Positions 59,668 to 64,000 of a stretch of DNA of 64,000 bases are shown here, piece by piece. Each line of letters starts with the position of its first letter. Position 1 is the first letter of the stretch. Both the position numbers and the translations under genes were made by a program. Under the pieces are notes generated by a model. That model ran no database searches. It was not told the DNA's origin and saw only the letters and a program-made list of their open reading frames with translations. Source of the stretch: Basidiobolus meristosporus CBS 931.73 (lineage: Eukaryota > Fungi > Basidiobolomycota); the NCBI GenBank assembly GCA_002104905.1, contig MCFE01000252.1, positions 1 through 64,000 on the forward strand. The letters are read 5' to 3'.

Positions 59668-62600
59668 ATGTCGCATAACTTCATTTTTTGGGAACGCTCG
59701 ACGATAGCCGAGTTCAGTAGAAGATATAAGTTTGAAATCACCCGGGAATTAATTGAGCTTGAAGGCTTCCAGATATATATTGTGGAACAATGGTGAGTTT
59801 GAGCATTCTGAAGACTGAAAACTTGGCTGCTTGACTTGTTCATTTCTCAAACCTTCTGGTAAACGATTAACTGCATTTCTTGTTTCATTCCGAACTTCAG
59901 GATCACCAACCGTAAGCACATACACAATTCAATAGCCATCTTCACCGGTGCTCCTACACATACGGTAATAATACCATTCATCATCTGCAACTTTTAAGCT
60001 GTCCTCACGGTGGGCCACTCATTCTTTACAACTATGTTATATGCGTCTAGATTACTGCTTGTGTACTTACGGTACCGCTCGAGTTGACCGACGAACAAAG
60101 AAAGGCACTTTCTCGATTGTACGACGAATTAGGGCAAAATGGAGCCCGAGAAATCAACGTAAATTTCTTGTCAATTACCGATAAGCGCGAAGAGATATGT
60201 TAATTCGTTTCCAGACTAAATTAGGCTCAATCATGGCGACCAACCTTGACCAGGTCCCCACCTCGTTGAATTTAGTGTCAGTGCCTGACGGAAAATATGA
60301 CGAGCATATCATAGACTTCTGTGTCAACATCAACCTTAAACGACTTGGATGCAGTGGAAGGAGTGCGTTAACATTGAAACCACCCAGGTTAGCCATTGGG
60401 TTGCCACTTCTATAATCCGCCATGTAGCTCATAAAGCATAGTCAAGTACAACAGGATAAATTCCATCAAGTTTACAAGACTTCGGACTTTCATTCATTTC
60501 GAAGCACCGTTCTGGAAGTCGTAATTTTAGCACAGAAAGGGTTGGCTCTTCTAGGCCTTTACCATCATTCTGACGTCGATGGCTTGCTTTGCGACTCAAC
60601 TCTGAATGCACTTCAGCAATACTATTTGGACTTTGGTCCCTTCGACTTCGAAGTATGAAACTTAAATCCTCACTACTTTTTGAACCATTCCTCACCTATT
60701 CCGTAATTAGATGGGCGATGTCAAACTTGGACCCCAGCTATTTGCCTCGCTATTGAGCAAAATTATCACTGCGCGGAACAAGTTACATTCACTTGGCTAT
60801 CAGGTAAGAATATCTGTCTAATGGCTTAAACGGTTGCCGCGTCAAAAACTGGTCGTTGACTGCTTTTCCTGAAGGTCGGAAAAGACCCATTCTTTGACGG
60901 AGAACAATTCATTGCTGGGCTAAGCGCTTTTCAGGTTGGTTTATTTTATGTAGTAGTACCTCGAAATCCGGGCTAACCGTAGCTCTTCAGGAGAGAAAGA
61001 AGCTAAATCAACTGAAATACCTCGATAATCAAACCTTGAAAGTTATCGATGATGTGTACGATTCTAGTAGTCAACAAAGTCTCAACTTTCCAAAGGTATA
61101 TCTCCTTTGGACTACATATGCTCTGGTGTATAGGCGTTAATCACCTTTTTTAACGTAAGGCCATCAAAACCAAATTAGGGGACCTTTCAGGTAAACAAGC
61201 GTATCTCTAGTGCTTTCGTCATCGTTACTAAACGTTATACATAGGCTATGTACAAAATGAAATCGATGTAGCTACTACTGATTTGGAATATCTTGTCAAA
61301 AATGCCAATTTTGATCGCTTCAAGTACCTTTGGCGCGGTAAAAGTAAATCAGCAGCTTCCGAAAACGGCAGTGACTTATTATTCTCTAGTGACTGGATAT
61401 CTGGTGGGAAGAGTTTCTTTAAAGGAGTTACGAGTCGATTGACTGTGTGTTTCTATTTCGAATATAACTTTTGATGCGCTCGAATCTAAACTAATATTCG
61501 ATTTAAGGTAAAGTCAAGCGAACCCTACAAAGACAACTTTTCTCTCCGAAAGCCCCTCAAGGATCTAAGTCTAGGTATGTTGCCAAGGAATCTTATTTTG
61601 TGATCGACATTCAGTTCTAATCGCTTTTCTCCATTGATAGACCTATCTGATAAAGGGAAAGATATTGAGATTACTAAGCACTTGTCCCCAACTCGTAAGC
61701 CACTTGCCACCCTATCCCACGAATCCAAGGATGCCCAACAATTGACAAGGATTGATTCGTAAGTTATCACTACACCCCTTTCGACAAAAGACCGAACCTT
61801 ACTGTCTTCCCTACAAACTAGCAATGCTTCATTTGATAAGACATTGGATCAGCCTGGGTTGACAAGTATTGATTCAGTAGCTAACACGGAGAAAGGTAGG
61901 AGTTTACTAGTGTGAATGATTTTCAAATGCCCGCATATTTATTTCGAGGAAAAGAATCGCCAGAGAATACCCGAACTCTGCGTCTTGATAGCTCCAAGTC
62001 AACTGAGGAGGTGAAGAAACCATTTTGGCGGAGTAGATCAAGCTCAATGACGGCATTTGATCGTATACTTGACATGAGAGAGAATGTCTCTCGTCGCCGA
62101 ATCGTACGAACCAATTCGGTCATACACCTTCCCTCAGCCTCCTCAGGCTTAAGCAGGTAGCATCCGGCTTTCTATACACTCAGTATCAACTATATTCAAA
62201 CTCAACTAACTCTTATCTGCCAACCAGACAAGCAATTTATTCAGATCTGCAAACATTCGTGATGTACAATGAACTGATCGAAAAAGAGGCAACTCTAAAA
62301 GAGTTAAGCCAAAAGCTAGAGGTACTAACTAACCTTAGGATACCCCCATGCGCCTTAACACTAATATTTGAGCAACCACAGATGATTCACCAAACATATG
62401 AAGAGAAGTTAGAACGGCTAAATAGATTGTACACTGAACGACATGGTCGCATTGAGGTAAGTGCAGCGCGCCTAAAATACATTACATTTTATTGATATAT
62501 TTCAAGTCGGCTGAGGATGAACTGAAGGAGCTATTGGCACGTCAAGAGAAAGTATCGAAATCTATTGAACAAGTAGAGGTCGAGAATGCAAAGTTAAAAT

Positions 62601-62883
62601 ATAAGGCCACCGTCTTGGAAGATAAATTGGATGAAATTGAAGAATTTACCGGAGGATTTATATCGAAAGTAATGGCCGAACATCACTCTACCGATCTACA
62701 TATTCACTTAACACAGTCCCTTAGGTTCATAATTTTGCCGCGAAAATCCCGATTTCCGAGAACACATACGAGATCCTATATTCCTGGTGGGTCTTTTGTC
62801 AAAGAATCGTAATCCGCTTGGGTCATAAGCTTAGCGGATTAGAAATGAAGGAAGATCGTGAGATTCGCCAGCCTTTCGATTAG
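59668..62883 (+). CDS. STB6: STB6/STB2-like (Sin3-binding protein family) gene, intron-rich
   Basis: Exons 59668-59792, 59901-59964, 60051-60158, 60215-60387, 60442-60652, 60711-60803 and later ones splice in frame at GT-AG sites. Peptides 'GFQIYIVEQW', 'FCVNINLKRLGCSGRSALTLKPP', 'DGLLCD', 'KDPF', 'YLWRGK' and a C-terminal coiled coil. Exons in the 3' half are less certain. Confidence 0.75.
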
Positions 62884-63399
62884 AGCCTATACCCATCAAA
62901 TCCAAGCGCCCTTGCCGAAGCCATATAGGAGCACTGGGACTTGTTTCCAAAATTGCTTAAAAATGATTTCATTCTGGTGATTGAATTAATAAGTATCTAA
63001 GCTTCACACAGCTCTGCTGCCAGGATCATTATTTGCGAGGGGGGGGGGATAGTGGATCTCCATTCACACATATTTTTAGATACGATATATAATAAATTTA
63101 GTACGCCACATCCGTGCATAATCCAACGAGCTTACCACTAAATTAAGCAGGACTGGGAACGTGGCCTCCGGACGCAACTACGCTTAGCGAAGATGAATCT
63201 GAATCTTATTAATTTCAAGTGTGGATGGATCCTATTTTTGGGATCTCATTCTCTGGAATCAATACGTCACTATCAATGAGGGGAGGATGAGTGGCTTGGG
63301 GGATCTCAACCCCGAGATCGAGATACAGAGGAATGCTTTTGTACATATTTACATAATCAACATACGGAGCCTAATTTTACGGCATCATCCCTGTCCATG

Positions 63400-64000
63400 A
63401 GACATTGATGAGTAATAGCTGAACATTGGTTCACGTGAAAGGACGGCGGCCGATGGGATGATTCAGCTCGAGTCACTCCGTATATCTATATTGATCACGA
63501 AGTCTTGGAATGGAGCAAACCAGTTGCTGCATCCGATACTACAGTTGGGTAAGAGGGGCATGACAAATAATGCGGGATAGCTCATTCCGCCTATTGAGCT
63601 CGGATCCAGTTGACATGGCGGGTTGATAAGGCCAGGAAATCCGTCCGAGTTTCATGATGCAATCATCGACAGCCAAAACGCATTCCAGTGGTGGTGGGAT
63701 ACACGGTCATCAAAGATGATGTGGCCGTTGGCTCCAAGATGACTTGATTGATGGCCAATATTTGCTGGATCAGCCTGATTCCTATAATATGTGTTGCAGC
63801 ACCTTCTCTGGGAATCTAGAAAGTGCTGGTGGGAAGATGTCAGGAACGAACGGACTATGGTTACTTGATAAAGGCAATCCAGATGTCACAGTTCCGTGTG
63901 GTGAAGTATTTCAACCCAAGTGGGTACGAATGTCAAAGCCGTGAATACAGTATCTTACGGATACTCCACAGTTGCTCATATGTGCACTTTCCAGATTTCC
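63400..64000. other. Possible further coding sequence (unidentified)
   Basis: Normal CpG content, balanced GC, short open frames and gtaag-like donor sites on both strands; I could not build a consistent gene model. Confidence 0.25.

Noticed and set aside
59397-60695. Minus-strand ORFs 59397-59843, 60175-60432 and 60429-60695
   Set aside because: Antisense to STB6-like exons, which splice coherently on the plus strand.
63038-63048. Poly-G run
   Set aside because: Isolated homopolymer with no supporting structure.

Overview
Fungal genomic DNA: small GT-AG introns, a GH18 chitinase with a C-terminal Cys module and an STB6-like gene point to an early-diverging lineage (inference). Positions 1 to ~57,150 are a nearly CpG-free, heavily nested transposon block. 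It holds Ty1/copia remnants of two LTR families, two Ty3/gypsy copies with CACA target-site duplications (TSDs), many CACTA (Tnp2) copies, a Harbinger-like DDE remnant, a foldback/MITE family and solo LTRs. From ~57,200 CpG content is normal and intact host genes follow: a secreted chitinase (-) and, divergent from it, an intron-rich STB6-like gene (+). Two things stand out. (1) A 1.4 kb frameshifted fragment at 1903-3345 reads like a giant-virus (NCLDV) early transcription factor large subunit. (2) A very young 3.6 kb LTR element at 48049-51665 has identical 804-bp LTRs, PBS, PPT and TSD, and encodes only an intact Gag-protease ORF. The block also shows near-identical tracts exchanged between diverged gypsy copies, antisense self-insertion of copia into its own LTRs, and several palindromes. 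All family assignments come from motif recognition by eye; no searches were run.
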